This document shows positions 19,819-29,143 of a stretch of 64,000 bases of DNA, piece after piece (position 1 is the stretch's first letter; each line of letters begins with the position of its first letter). A model generated the notes under the pieces. It did not search any database. It saw only the letters and a program-made list of their open reading frames with translations, and was not told the origin of the DNA. This DNA comes from Nitrospirota bacterium (GTDB lineage Bacteria; Nitrospirota; UBA9217), in assembly GCA_029858565.1 (NCBI GenBank), contig JAOUEV010000003.1, positions 80,074 through 144,073 of the forward strand, given 5' to 3'. The translations under genes were made by a program, and so were the position numbers.

Positions 19819-19977
19819 GCCACGGAAGATGCGGATAAAAACAAATCTAAAATAAATTATGACACTGAAGACACTGACAAAGCTATGAAACATCTTTTGA
19901 TCGTTCTTAGTATTTTTTAGTGTCCTCAGTGTCTAATTCCTCCGCCTCTTCAGGCCGTTATCCGCATCTTCCGTGGC
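19819..19977. repeat. nested inverted-repeat elements (GCCACGGAAGA family enclosing GACACTGA family)
   Basis: Perfect 20-bp IR gccacggaagatgcggataa (19819-19838) / ttatccgcatcttccgtggc (19958-19977) encloses tgacactgaagacactga ... ttagtgtcctcagtgtc (19860-19933). Confidence 0.85.
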
Positions 19978-19987
19978 AAAAGAAATT

Positions 19988-20893
19988 TCAAATTGCCTCT
20001 TTCAGGTTCATAACGGTCCAGTAATCGAACACCGGCCCCTTGAGGCAGGTGTAGGTGGAGCCGACGTTGCAGCGACAGCATTTGCCCATGCCGCAGTGCA
20101 TGCGCCGCTCCAGGGAAACGAACATCTTCTGCATGGGCACGCCGCGTTCGGCCAGCATGGTGCAGACAGACTTGAACATCACCGGCGGGCCGCAGACAAT
20201 GGCGTAGGTCTGCTCGATGAAGGTATCGGGCCTGCTCTTGATGATATCCTCCAGGATCTTCGGAATGTACCCCACCGGGCCGTCCCAGCCGTTGTCGGTT
20301 TTTTCGAGGATAACGTGAAGGTTGATATCGTCCTTTTTCCACATTTCATACTGGAACTTGAAAAGCATCCGGGACTGGTCGCGCGTGCCGTACACGATGT
20401 CCACGTGCTCGAACATGCTGCGGTGCTCCTGCACATGGGCGATGGGAGACCGGAGCGGGGCAAGGCCCAGACCGCCGGCGATCAGCAGGATGTTGCCGCC
20501 GTGCATCCGTTCCATGGGGAAGCTGGTGCCGAAAGGGCCGCGAATGCCGACCCGCGCGCCCCGGGCAGCGCGGGACAGGACGCCGGTGAGATTTCCTGCG
20601 GTCCTGATGCAGAGCTCCATGTCCTCGTGGTTGCTTGGCGATGAAGAGATCGAAAAAGGCGCTTCGCCGATGCCCGGCAGTTCGAGCATGATGAACTGGC
20701 CGGGCCGGAAGGAGAAGTGCCTGCGGTCCTCGGCGTCAATGATGCGGATGCGGTAGAGGTTCTCTAATTCCGTAAGCTTGTACACACTGGTGATCTCAGC
20801 CTTGTAGGTGTACTCGAAACTGCCGAGGTCGGAGATGCGGTGGTACTTATGATGGCGGGGCACGACATCGTGAAATGCCAGACGGTGGTCCAT
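19988..20893 (-). CDS. group 3b hydrogenase gamma subunit (FAD/NAD(P)-binding, 2Fe-2S)
   Basis: [56 protein letters not shown]. Confidence 0.93.
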   Translation of the reverse strand: MDHRLAFHDVVPRHHKYHRISDLGSFEYTYKAEITSVYKLTELENLYRIRIIDAEDRRHFSFRPGQFIMLELPGIGEAPFSISSSPSNHEDMELCIRTAGNLTGVLSRAARGARVGIRGPFGTSFPMERMHGGNILLIAGGLGLAPLRSPIAHVQEHRSMFEHVDIVYGTRDQSRMLFKFQYEMWKKDDINLHVILEKTDNGWDGPVGYIPKILEDIIKSRPDTFIEQTYAIVCGPPVMFKSVCTMLAERGVPMQKMFVSLERRMHCGMGKCCRCNVGSTYTCLKGPVFDYWTVMNLKEAI

Positions 20894-20895
20894 GT

Positions 20896-21939
20896 TTACT
20901 GCTCCTCTCCCCGGACGCTGGCGATCACCTCGGGTACGGTGATCCCTGCGAGACAGGCTTCGCCGCAGCGGCCGCAGCCCACGCACAGCGACTCCTCATA
21001 GGCCTCAACGAATCCGCGGTGCTTGTGGTAGTAGCGGTACTTGAGACGGCTGCTCCTCTCGGGCCGGAAGTTGTGGCCGCCGGCGACCTCGGCAAAGTCC
21101 ACGACATTGCAGGAATAGAGCGTCTTGGTCTTGACCGCCTTCTGGAGCGACGGGTCAACGGATTCCTCGACCCCGTAGCAGTAGCAGGTGGGGCAGACAT
21201 TGGCGCAGGTTCCGCAACCCAGGCATTTGTCGCCCCACTGCTTCCAGACCGGGGACTGGAACTCCATGTCCAGAATCTTGGTCAGGTCCGTGGTGTCCAC
21301 ACGCGCGGTGAACTTCCGGTTCTTCTCCGCGATGGTCTTCATGTACTGCACGTGGTCGTCCTCGGAAAGGTCAGCGGTCCGGAGGTCCTTCACCATCTCA
21401 AAAGCCTCGGCGGACTGGATCTCGATGAAGTACTTGTCGCCGATGTCAGTGATATTCAGATCAAAACCGTGATGGACCGTGTCGGCGCCCATGGACCTGC
21501 AAAAGCAAAAAGGCTGGGGCTCGCATCCCGTGCCGATGATGAACATGTTCATCCGCTTTGCCGCGTAGTAAGGCATGGGATAGACCGGCCCCATCAGCAC
21601 CTTGTCGAGTTTATTGAGCGCGTTGATGTCACAGGCATGGAGCCCGAAGAACACCAGCGGCTTGTCGATGTTATAATCGATGGTCTTGGTCCAGTCGTCG
21701 TCCTTCATCCGGAATGTGGCAAGTTCCTCGCGGAAGGGAAGGAAGTAGCGCTTTGCCGGAAGCTTGGTGGTGGTGTAGTCAAGCCGGAGGATCTTGAAAT
21801 CCTTTACTTCCTCAAAAGCATAGAGCGGCCTGCCGTTGCGGTCTTTGCCTGTTTCAACCGGTCCCACGACAGTGTTCTTCTCAGCGAGCATATCAAAAAG
21901 CGATCTGAGCTCAGGCTTGTCAATAACGCGGAACAGCAT
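20896..21939 (-). CDS. group 3b hydrogenase beta subunit (4Fe-4S dicluster)
   Basis: [40 protein letters not shown]; GAGGT RBS before ATG 21939. Confidence 0.93.
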   Translation of the reverse strand: MLFRVIDKPELRSLFDMLAEKNTVVGPVETGKDRNGRPLYAFEEVKDFKILRLDYTTTKLPAKRYFLPFREELATFRMKDDDWTKTIDYNIDKPLVFFGLHACDINALNKLDKVLMGPVYPMPYYAAKRMNMFIIGTGCEPQPFCFCRSMGADTVHHGFDLNITDIGDKYFIEIQSAEAFEMVKDLRTADLSEDDHVQYMKTIAEKNRKFTARVDTTDLTKILDMEFQSPVWKQWGDKCLGCGTCANVCPTCYCYGVEESVDPSLQKAVKTKTLYSCNVVDFAEVAGGHNFRPERSSRLKYRYYHKHRGFVEAYEESLCVGCGRCGEACLAGITVPEVIASVRGEEQ

Positions 21940-22061
21940 GGCGACCTCGTTCAATGGATGCTGATGTGATGGCGGTGCGTGTTACAAAGTAATTATAGCA
22001 GGAGATATTACGTGGGAGTGCAATTTACTGTTCTTTGGCAGGTCAGAAAGGGCGTGGGGGC

Positions 22062-24029
22062 CTACAAGGATTGCGCAAGTCGGTGAAGCGTCGGAAAAGA
22101 GTCAGCGACCGCCGCAGTTTCTTCCTTCAAAAGCCTGATTGCTTCGGGAATGTGTTTCCTGAAATATGCTTTGCCTTTCACCATGGTCAGGAATCCATAG
22201 GCGCCGAGCGCCTGCATGTGCCTCTGGAGACGGCAGGGGATCAGGCTTCGGCGGAAGATCTGCTCGTCGAATCCAAGAGCAGCCTTCTTCATCTCTTCTA
22301 TATAGTAAACAAGCAGCCGGTCGCGCAGGAGGTCATGCAGCCGGTAATAAGGGTCCCAGAGGATCGATGCGATGTCGTAGGCAGGCGGGGCCATGCGCGC
22401 TCCCTGGAAATCGATCACCTGAACGGTGTGATCGCTGATCATGATGTTCTGGGACTGGAAGTCACGGTGGATGATGGTCCTGGGACAGTCATCAACGGTC
22501 CTGGCAAGCCTGTGGAACTCCTCTTCCAGCTCCGGCCTGTTCTTGAGATCGATCCCTAGATATCCCTGAACAAACCGGTCGAGAAAATAGTTCGTTTCCC
22601 ACCGCAGATACTCGTAATCAAAGATCCGCGCCTGGAGCAGGGGGCAGGAACCGACACCCTCCGTTGCACGGGAGTGGAGCTTGACCGCAACATCCAGTAC
22701 GCTTTTGTAAATGTTCCTGATCTGATCAGCTGTGCGCGGGAGCTTGAGATAAGCGTACAACGACCGGTCTCCCAGGTCCTCGAACAGTGCCCGTTTTGCA
22801 GTGTGGTGAGACGCGAGCAGCTTCGGCACCGGCACGGCATGGGATTCGAAGAACCGCGTATAGACCAGGTGCCGCTCGAAGTCCGGATCATCGGGCCGGC
22901 ATTCCATCAGGACTGCGGAACGCTCCCCCTGCCTGATGCGATAGTAGCGGCGGTCCGAGCCGCCGAGACCGATCAAGAAAGCAGGGACAGGAAGTGCGGA
23001 GTGCGGAGTGCGGAATGCGAAATGGGAGTCGGAAGCGAAATGCGGGGCAAAAAGAGGGTCCGACAGGTGCACGGTTATTGTTTCAGCAGCGGTTTTCGCT
23101 GGCTGCATTTCCGATTCGTGAAGATCGATCGCATAGTCCGGTCCGATGATCCGGTTCCGGTGTTCGCCGGTCACGATGGCGCCGGGCATGATAATGCAGT
23201 TCCTGAGCTTCGCGCCTGCTCCCACGGTGCTGTAGTTCTCCGCCGCGAGGTAGCCGTCGGCCTCGATGTCTCCGCAGGACGCGGAAGGGGAAATATAGAT
23301 CGTCTCGCCGTCCTTTGCAAGCGCATCAAGCACTGCCCTGCTGTAGGTCGCGGGATTGCCCACGTCGTTCCAGTATGCTCCGGTGACGTCATAGGCCCGG
23401 ACCTTGTGGCCGGCCCTTGACGCGGCGATCCAGGCAACGGTTGCGTGGGAAACGCCGTCGGGCAGGAACTTCAGAATTTCAGGCGAATACACGGCGATGC
23501 CGGTATAGGCAACCTTGTCGGCAACCTTCGTGGGGTCGGGTCTAGATGCGCCGGGATTCTCGACATCGATTATCTGGTCCTGTTTGTCGATGACCACATT
23601 GCTCAGTTCCGGCAGCCTGTGGCAGACCAGCGTTGCCATATTGCCTGAAGATAAATGTGTCTCGATCAGCTTGGCAAAATCGATATCCAGCAGGATGTCC
23701 GAGTTGTGGACAATGAAGTGGTTGCCCAGGAGAAAGCTTTCAGCGTTCTTGAGCGCTCCGCCGGTGCCGAGGATCGGGTCCTCAGGAAAGAAGGTGAAGC
23801 GATCCCGCCAGGGAGACATGGCAGCCCAGTTCATGAGCATCCGGGGCTTCCAGTGCAAATTCATGCCGATCTTGTTGTCGCAGACCTCGGTCAGTTTCTC
23901 GGCAATGCCCTGGATGATAGGCTTGCCCAGGACAGGAAGGAGCGGTTTGGGGATATGGTTCGTGGCCGGCCGGAGCCGTTCGCCGAGCCCGGCAGCGGGG
24001 AGGAAGATGTTGATGGGGAATTTATTCAT
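22062..24029 (-). CDS. fused sugar-phosphate nucleotidyltransferase (MurU-like) and anomeric sugar kinase (AmgK-like)
   Basis: N-terminal AAGLGERLRPAT..PKPL, LGTGGAL, NSD; C-terminal GGSDRRYYR, EDLGD, HRDFQSQN, IDFQGAR, YDIASIL.D, QRHMQALGAYGFL. Confidence 0.88.
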   Translation of the reverse strand: MNKFPINIFLPAAGLGERLRPATNHIPKPLLPVLGKPIIQGIAEKLTEVCDNKIGMNLHWKPRMLMNWAAMSPWRDRFTFFPEDPILGTGGALKNAESFLLGNHFIVHNSDILLDIDFAKLIETHLSSGNMATLVCHRLPELSNVVIDKQDQIIDVENPGASRPDPTKVADKVAYTGIAVYSPEILKFLPDGVSHATVAWIAASRAGHKVRAYDVTGAYWNDVGNPATYSRAVLDALAKDGETIYISPSASCGDIEADGYLAAENYSTVGAGAKLRNCIIMPGAIVTGEHRNRIIGPDYAIDLHESEMQPAKTAAETITVHLSDPLFAPHFASDSHFAFRTPHSALPVPAFLIGLGGSDRRYYRIRQGERSAVLMECRPDDPDFERHLVYTRFFESHAVPVPKLLASHHTAKRALFEDLGDRSLYAYLKLPRTADQIRNIYKSVLDVAVKLHSRATEGVGSCPLLQARIFDYEYLRWETNYFLDRFVQGYLGIDLKNRPELEEEFHRLARTVDDCPRTIIHRDFQSQNIMISDHTVQVIDFQGARMAPPAYDIASILWDPYYRLHDLLRDRLLVYYIEEMKKAALGFDEQIFRRSLIPCRLQRHMQALGAYGFLTMVKGKAYFRKHIPEAIRLLKEETAAVADSFPTLHRLAQSL

Positions 24030-24131
24030 GTGCTAGTATCAATAAGCCTTAAAAGTCAACTGCATTCTCGCGCGGAGGCGCAGAGGCGCAGGGGACGTCA
24101 AAGGCAATTTCTTGGGTTAGAAACTAAAAAA

Positions 24132-24515
24132 TCAATCTTCAAGTCCATTTACGCAGCGAGTTATCCCGTTCTTCATTAGTTCTTCGCCGAAGTTCAGAAG
24201 GTATCCGAGTTTAAGGCCGGTCAAACGGATATGTGTTTGAACCTGCTTTTTGTGCGCTGCGGATGCGTGTTCAACTGATTTCAGCTCGACGATAACTTTA
24301 CTTTCAACAATAACGTCAGCCCGGAATCCCTCATCGAACTGTATCCCTCGAAACTGTATCGGAATGGGTATCTGGCGGTCAACAGTCAAGCCCTGTTCTC
24401 GCAAGACATGAACCAAGGCAACCTCATAGACGCTTTCCAGCAAGCCCGGTCCCAATTCTCGATGGACTTCAATCGCCGCTTCGACAATGATCGTCCCGAT
24501 CTCGTTCTCTGTCAT
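24132..24515 (-). CDS. GxxExxY protein (PD-(D/E)XK nuclease superfamily)
   Basis: LGPGLLESVYE motif, FRADVIVESKVIVELKSV, GYLLNFG; 127 aa. Confidence 0.95.
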   Translation of the reverse strand: MTENEIGTIIVEAAIEVHRELGPGLLESVYEVALVHVLREQGLTVDRQIPIPIQFRGIQFDEGFRADVIVESKVIVELKSVEHASAAHKKQVQTHIRLTGLKLGYLLNFGEELMKNGITRCVNGLED

Positions 24516-24609
24516 TCAGGTTCCCTGTGTCTATTCTTGGCACCCGAAACATGTTTTTTGGTTCCAATAGAGCAAATTCGATTACGAAAAGCCAAAACAA
24601 GAAAAGCTC

Positions 24610-24707
24610 TCTCGCGCAGAGGCGCTGAGGCGCTGAGTATTGCTTTGAGACCAGGACCTGATTCTAAGATTGTGCCTTCCCTGCGAGCTCTGCGCCCCTG
24701 CGCGAGA
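24610..24707. repeat. empty CGCAGAGG inverted-repeat element
   Basis: tctcgcgcagaggcgctgaggcgctgag ... ccctgcgagctctgcgcccctgcgcgaga. Confidence 0.85.
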
Positions 24708-24819
24708 CCGTTTCGAGGTTCGCTTCTTCCTTCCATGACAGCGTCAAGTTGTTTGCGTTCTTGAACTAGATTGGCTTTCCCCTGCGGCTCCGCGCCTCTG
24801 CGGGAAAACCGGTTTTGTT

Positions 24820-26004
24820 CTATTTATACAACAGATAATGCTTCCGAATCTTCTCGAATTCCCTCGCCTCTTCTTTCCACCATGCCTCCATCTCCTTCAC
24901 ATCCTTCCACGCCTCGATGTCCTTTCGCAGACGGTCGGTGCCGGCGAGGATGTCAATGGGCATGTTGATCTCTTCATATTCATAGGGCGGCTGTTTCCAG
25001 GCGAACTCCCGGGGCCAGGTATTGTGGATCGCTTTCAGGATCGCCACGCCGGTCCTGAAAGGCAGGAACTTCTCCCGGTCCGTGATGTGGATCTGGGCTC
25101 CGCCGCAGAGCCTGCCGCAGTGCTTCTGGAACGTGGGCTGGAAATACATGGGGCGGAACACCACGCCAGGCAGCTTGAACTCCTTCAACAGGTTGACGAG
25201 GGTCTCGGGATGGATAAAAGGCGCGCCGAAGATCTCAAAAGGACGCGTTGTGCCGCGGCCTTCGGAAAGGTTCGTGCCTTCGAGCAGGCACATGCCCGGG
25301 TACACGATCGCGCTGTCGAGTATCGGAATGTTCGGCGACGGCAGGACCCAGGGAAGGATTGTTTCGTCGAACCACATCTTCCTTTTCCATCCCTCCATGG
25401 GCACCACCCGATAATGCATGCCGGGATAGAAAGCGTCTTCCAGGTAATGGCCGATCTCGGCAATGGTCATTCCATGGCGCACAGTGATGGGACGGAGTCC
25501 GACAAAGGAGGCAAAACCGGGCTTCAGGACCGGTCCCTCGGTAAAGCGACCGGTGATCGGATTCGGCCGGTCAAGGACCACCACGGCTTTGCCCGCCTCG
25601 TGGCAGGCCTGCATGCAGAGATCAAGGGTCCAGATAAAGGTGTAGTACTTGCTGCCGATGTCCTGCATGTCAATGGCCAGGACATCGATATGCTTCAGCA
25701 TTTCCAATGTCGGCTTCCGCACTTCCCCGTAAAGGCTGTAGACCGGCAGGCCGGTGGCGGGATCGCGGAAACCCTGCCACTCGACCATGTTGTCCTGGGT
25801 CTGGCCAAGGATGCCGTGCTGGGGGCCGAAGAGCGCTGCAAGCTTGAACTTCTTCGATCTTCTGAAGACGTCAACAGCATGCTCAAGCTTGCTGTTCACG
25901 CTCGCAGGATGGGCAACGAGCCCCACACGGCTGTTTTTGAGGTCTTTGGGCCAGAGTTTCTCGACAAGGTCGAGTCCGGTAAAGGTTTTCCTAGGTGACG
26001 GCAT
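24820..26004 (-). CDS. namZ: exo-beta-N-acetylmuramidase NamZ (DUF1343/YbbC)
   Basis: VGLVAHPAS, LFGPQHG, VYSLYG, DMQDIGSKYYTF, LDRPNP, RHGMTIAE, PSPNIP, EGTNLSEGRGTTRPFE. Confidence 0.9.
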   Translation of the reverse strand: MPSPRKTFTGLDLVEKLWPKDLKNSRVGLVAHPASVNSKLEHAVDVFRRSKKFKLAALFGPQHGILGQTQDNMVEWQGFRDPATGLPVYSLYGEVRKPTLEMLKHIDVLAIDMQDIGSKYYTFIWTLDLCMQACHEAGKAVVVLDRPNPITGRFTEGPVLKPGFASFVGLRPITVRHGMTIAEIGHYLEDAFYPGMHYRVVPMEGWKRKMWFDETILPWVLPSPNIPILDSAIVYPGMCLLEGTNLSEGRGTTRPFEIFGAPFIHPETLVNLLKEFKLPGVVFRPMYFQPTFQKHCGRLCGGAQIHITDREKFLPFRTGVAILKAIHNTWPREFAWKQPPYEYEEINMPIDILAGTDRLRKDIEAWKDVKEMEAWWKEEAREFEKIRKHYLLYK

Positions 26005-26039
26005 GGACGGATTATAGTTGCTCACTCCGGGAAGTGCAA
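26005..26039 (-). promoter_or_regulatory. sigma70 promoter of namZ, leaderless spacing
   Basis: On the minus strand TTGCAC-17 nt-TATAAT-6 nt-ATG, with no Shine-Dalgarno. Confidence 0.65.
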
Positions 26040-26045
26040 CAGGAA

Positions 26046-26106
26046 ATTCCGGGAAACCCATTCCGGGAAACCCTGCTTGACAGGCTTTGAACATGGATGA
26101 TACACT
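26046..26106 (+). promoter_or_regulatory. 14-bp direct repeat followed by a sigma70 promoter
   Basis: ATTCCGGGAAACCC twice (26046-26073), then TTGACA (26077-26082), 18 nt, TACACT (26101-26106). Confidence 0.5.
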
Positions 26107-26161
26107 GAAGCTGTTTTGATCATCATGTCGGTGTCGCGAGTTCCTGCCTAAAGGGGATACC

Positions 26162-26938
26162 ATGAAAAAAGCGTTCTTCCTGCTCTTTCTCTGTGGCTTG
26201 ATCCTTGCCCTGAACAACACTGCCCTTGCCCTGTATCAATGGGTAGATAAAGAGGGCAATCTCCATATCTCTGATTATCCTCCGGGGGAGAGTAAAGCGG
26301 CAGAGGAACAGGCTGCTCCGGAACCGGAAAAACCGCGAGCTGTTCCGCAACCATCACCAGCTGTGATACCGCCTCCACCATCGCCGGTTAAAGCATCTCC
26401 AGCGCCAGCACCCGCTGCACCAGGACCGACCCAGCAGGCGCCTGAGGCGGTAATTCCCCAGCCCGCATCGGTCCCGACGATCACCATGCAAGCTGCTCCA
26501 GTGACGCAGCCTGCGCCGATAGAGACCCAGCCGCAACCCATGCCTTTCAGCGCGCCACAACCGGGGCAAAACCCTCCGCCAGGGCTGGTAGCTGCTGTAG
26601 TCGGCGGTTTTTTAATGGTGATCATGGTCATCGGTTTAGCGGTATATATCTATTCTTCGCTCTGCCTGTATCTGATCGCCAAGAAGCGGAACCTTGACGA
26701 GGCCTGGGCAGCCTGGATCCCGCTCCTGCAGATGTGGCCTCTCATGAGCGCAGCGGGAAAACCGCTCTGGTGGATCATCCTGTTGTTCATTCCCTTTGTC
26801 AACGCCGTTATCGGCATCTATCTCTGGATGTGTATTGCCGAGAACCTGGGAAGGAACAAGTGGCTCGGCCTGCTCATGCTGATACCTGTCGTGAACTTTG
26901 TGTTCATGGGCGTGTTGGCGTTTTCCAAGTCGGAGTGA
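26162..26938 (+). CDS. secreted DUF4124-like domain, Pro-rich linker and C-terminal DUF5684-like membrane domain
   Basis: Signal peptide, LYQWVDKEGNLHISDYPP, P/A/Q linker, AWAAWIPL..GKPLWWIILLFIPFVN helices. Confidence 0.82.
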   Translation: MKKAFFLLFLCGLILALNNTALALYQWVDKEGNLHISDYPPGESKAAEEQAAPEPEKPRAVPQPSPAVIPPPPSPVKASPAPAPAAPGPTQQAPEAVIPQPASVPTITMQAAPVTQPAPIETQPQPMPFSAPQPGQNPPPGLVAAVVGGFLMVIMVIGLAVYIYSSLCLYLIAKKRNLDEAWAAWIPLLQMWPLMSAAGKPLWWIILLFIPFVNAVIGIYLWMCIAENLGRNKWLGLLMLIPVVNFVFMGVLAFSKSE

Positions 26939-26952
26939 TCTTGAGTCGGCGG

Positions 26953-27063
26953 GTGGGTTGGGTAGAACGTCCTTATGTAAAATCCGACGTCGATTTGGCA
27001 GAATACTCGTAGTAGCGCAAGGGACCGAAAATCTCGGGCTTTAATGCGTTACATCCGACTTAC
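26953..27063. repeat. degenerate GTAG-type REP doublet (left flank of R-M cassette)
   Basis: gtgggttgggtagaacg...atccgac and atctcgggc...atccgacttac; homologous to 29144-29290. Confidence 0.55.
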
Positions 27064-27187
27064 CGACTAACTCCAGCGTGCAATTCTAGGATTTTGTAGA
27101 GATTTATTCCCCACCTAATAACATTCGCTGTTTTCTTATAAATCCGTTGACAAGGAATCAATTCCGTGTGAAATTAGCTAGCAAACT

Positions 27188-28117
27188 ATGACTAAATCAA
27201 TACATCGTAAGAAACACAGCATAACAAAGGCGAATGTAGTAAGAGAAACAGCTCGCCAGTATTTGCCTCCAATCAAGTTGGTGGACTCTGTGATTTTTCA
27301 GGGCGACGCGCAGCACATTTTAGCTCGTTTACCGAAAGAATCTGTTCAATGCGTTGTAACATCTCCTCCCTATTGGGGACTTAGGGACTATAACATCGAC
27401 GGTCAAATTGGGCTTGAAGAGACCCTTCCGCAGTTCATTAATAGGCTTGTGACGATATTCCGGGAAATCCATCGTGTTCTTAAACCTTCAGGTACTGTAT
27501 GGCTTAATATCGGAGACGGATATACGAGTGGCAATCGAGGTTGGCGTGCTCCCGATAAGAAGAATCCAGCGCGGGCTATGTCTGTGAGGCCAAATACCCC
27601 CGAAGGCCTGAAGCCGAAAGATCTTATAGGAGTTCCTTGGAGATTAGCTCTTGCTTTGCAACAGGATGGCTGGTTTTTGCGTAGCGACATCGTCTGGAAT
27701 AAGCCAAATGCCATGCCCGAGAGCGTCAAGGATCGTCCAACGCGCGCGCATGAGTATATCTTCATGTTTTCAAAGAATGAGAAGTACTACTACGATTATG
27801 AAGCTATAAAGGAGCCACGTGACGACGGAAAGGGGCAGCGGAACAAGCGAAGTGTATGGGACATCAATACGGAACCGTTCAAAGAAGCTCATTTCGCAAC
27901 CTTCCCTTCTAAATTGATTGAGCCTTGTATTAGCGCTGGAAGTCGAGCTGGCGATTTTGTGCTTGATCCCTTCTTTGGCTCGGGCACAGTCGGTGTCGTC
28001 TGCAATCGGCTCGGTCGGAAGTATATAGGCATTGAATTGCATCCGGCGTACATTGCTCTCGCAGAAAAAAGGATGGCATCGAATAATGGGACGAATGGTG
28101 ACAATAAGTCTAAGTAA
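27188..28117 (+). CDS. beta-class site-specific DNA methyltransferase (N4-cytosine type)
   Basis: VTSPPYWGLRDY (motif IV) precedes VLDPFFGSGT (motif I); HFATFP. Confidence 0.93.
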   Translation: MTKSIHRKKHSITKANVVRETARQYLPPIKLVDSVIFQGDAQHILARLPKESVQCVVTSPPYWGLRDYNIDGQIGLEETLPQFINRLVTIFREIHRVLKPSGTVWLNIGDGYTSGNRGWRAPDKKNPARAMSVRPNTPEGLKPKDLIGVPWRLALALQQDGWFLRSDIVWNKPNAMPESVKDRPTRAHEYIFMFSKNEKYYYDYEAIKEPRDDGKGQRNKRSVWDINTEPFKEAHFATFPSKLIEPCISAGSRAGDFVLDPFFGSGTVGVVCNRLGRKYIGIELHPAYIALAEKRMASNNGTNGDNKSK

Positions 28118-29096
28118 TCCGGACCTACAGGTTGATTTTGCTGCAGCATTAGTGCAACTGCGAGATACGTATCTTCAAGAGGCACTCTTTACTACAGTGA
28201 AGAAGATAACGTTGCGATTAGTAGACAGGGATCTGGCGGAATTCGCGACAGATTCTGATTTGGCACTACTTGCCTCGAAAGGACTTCGCGGGGAAATCAT
28301 CTTTGCAACTCCTACGATTCTGCGCGCCAACCCGTATTTGCTGGGTTACTATCGGTTGCTCCTGGGCTACAGTCAAAAACAGTTCTATACGGCTAGTACA
28401 GGGTGTGGCAAATTTAAAGCAATGGAGGCGGACGGTCAGTTGTCATCGACTTGTGAAACTTCGCTTAAAGACTTGTGTAATGGGCTAAACAAGGCCTCAT
28501 CCTACCTATTGAATTCGATGCTCGCTACTTCTCTAACGAGATCATTTCTAGATGATCTGACTCTCCTGACGCTCGGGCCTCAATTAAGAGGTGGGACAAA
28601 CGTAAAGATTGGCGCACGTGGTATTGTGCTCGTATTTGATGCGATAAAGGCTATTGTTGAGGATAATGTCACTCGAACTTCCACAAGAGTCATTGAGATA
28701 GTTAATGCAGCCTCTCGGAAAGTATTGATTGAGTTTGCATCGGACCCAGATATTGTCATTCGGGAACAGCTCTGCTCTCGCAAAGAGGATTACAGAAATA
28801 TCATCGCTATTGAGATAAAAGGCGGAACGGATTTTTCTAACATACATAACAGAATTGGTGAAGCTGAAAAAAGCCACCAAAAAGCGAAGGCACAAGGTTT
28901 TGCCGAATGCTGGACGGTTGTAAATGTCGATCGGATTGATATTCCTACTGCGATGCGAGAATCACCCTCTACTAACAGGTTCTATCGTCTGTCTCAAATA
29001 GTTAGTGGGGAAGGTGCTGAGTACAGTGATTTCGAAGGTCGAATACGATCACTAACAGGAGTGCCAAGCAAGTCGAAAAAACGAAAGAAGAAGTAA
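28095..29096 (+). CDS. type II restriction endonuclease, XcyI/XmaI/Cfr9I-like family
   Basis: GYYRLLLGYSQKQFY, LGPQLRGG, FASDPDI, AIEIKGGTDFSNIHNRIGEAEKSHQKA, ECWT; overlaps the methyltransferase. Family recognised from memory. Confidence 0.82.
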   Translation: MVTISLSNPDLQVDFAAALVQLRDTYLQEALFTTVKKITLRLVDRDLAEFATDSDLALLASKGLRGEIIFATPTILRANPYLLGYYRLLLGYSQKQFYTASTGCGKFKAMEADGQLSSTCETSLKDLCNGLNKASSYLLNSMLATSLTRSFLDDLTLLTLGPQLRGGTNVKIGARGIVLVFDAIKAIVEDNVTRTSTRVIEIVNAASRKVLIEFASDPDIVIREQLCSRKEDYRNIIAIEIKGGTDFSNIHNRIGEAEKSHQKAKAQGFAECWTVVNVDRIDIPTAMRESPSTNRFYRLSQIVSGEGAEYSDFEGRIRSLTGVPSKSKKRKKK

Positions 29097-29143
29097 TGCA
29101 ATTGTTCCAATCAGTGTGCTCCTACCCCCGGTTTGGTCAACTC

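Larger units (their letters stand above)
24066..24807. mobile_element. putative GxxExxY-nuclease element bounded by 29-bp inverted repeats of CGCAGAGG 8-mers
   Basis: Left arm tctcgcgcggaggcgcagaggcgcagggg (24066-24094), right arm cccctgcggctccgcgcctctgcgggaaa (24779-24807), 24/29 complementary; encloses the GxxExxY gene and a nested empty copy. Mobility is inferred. Confidence 0.55.
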
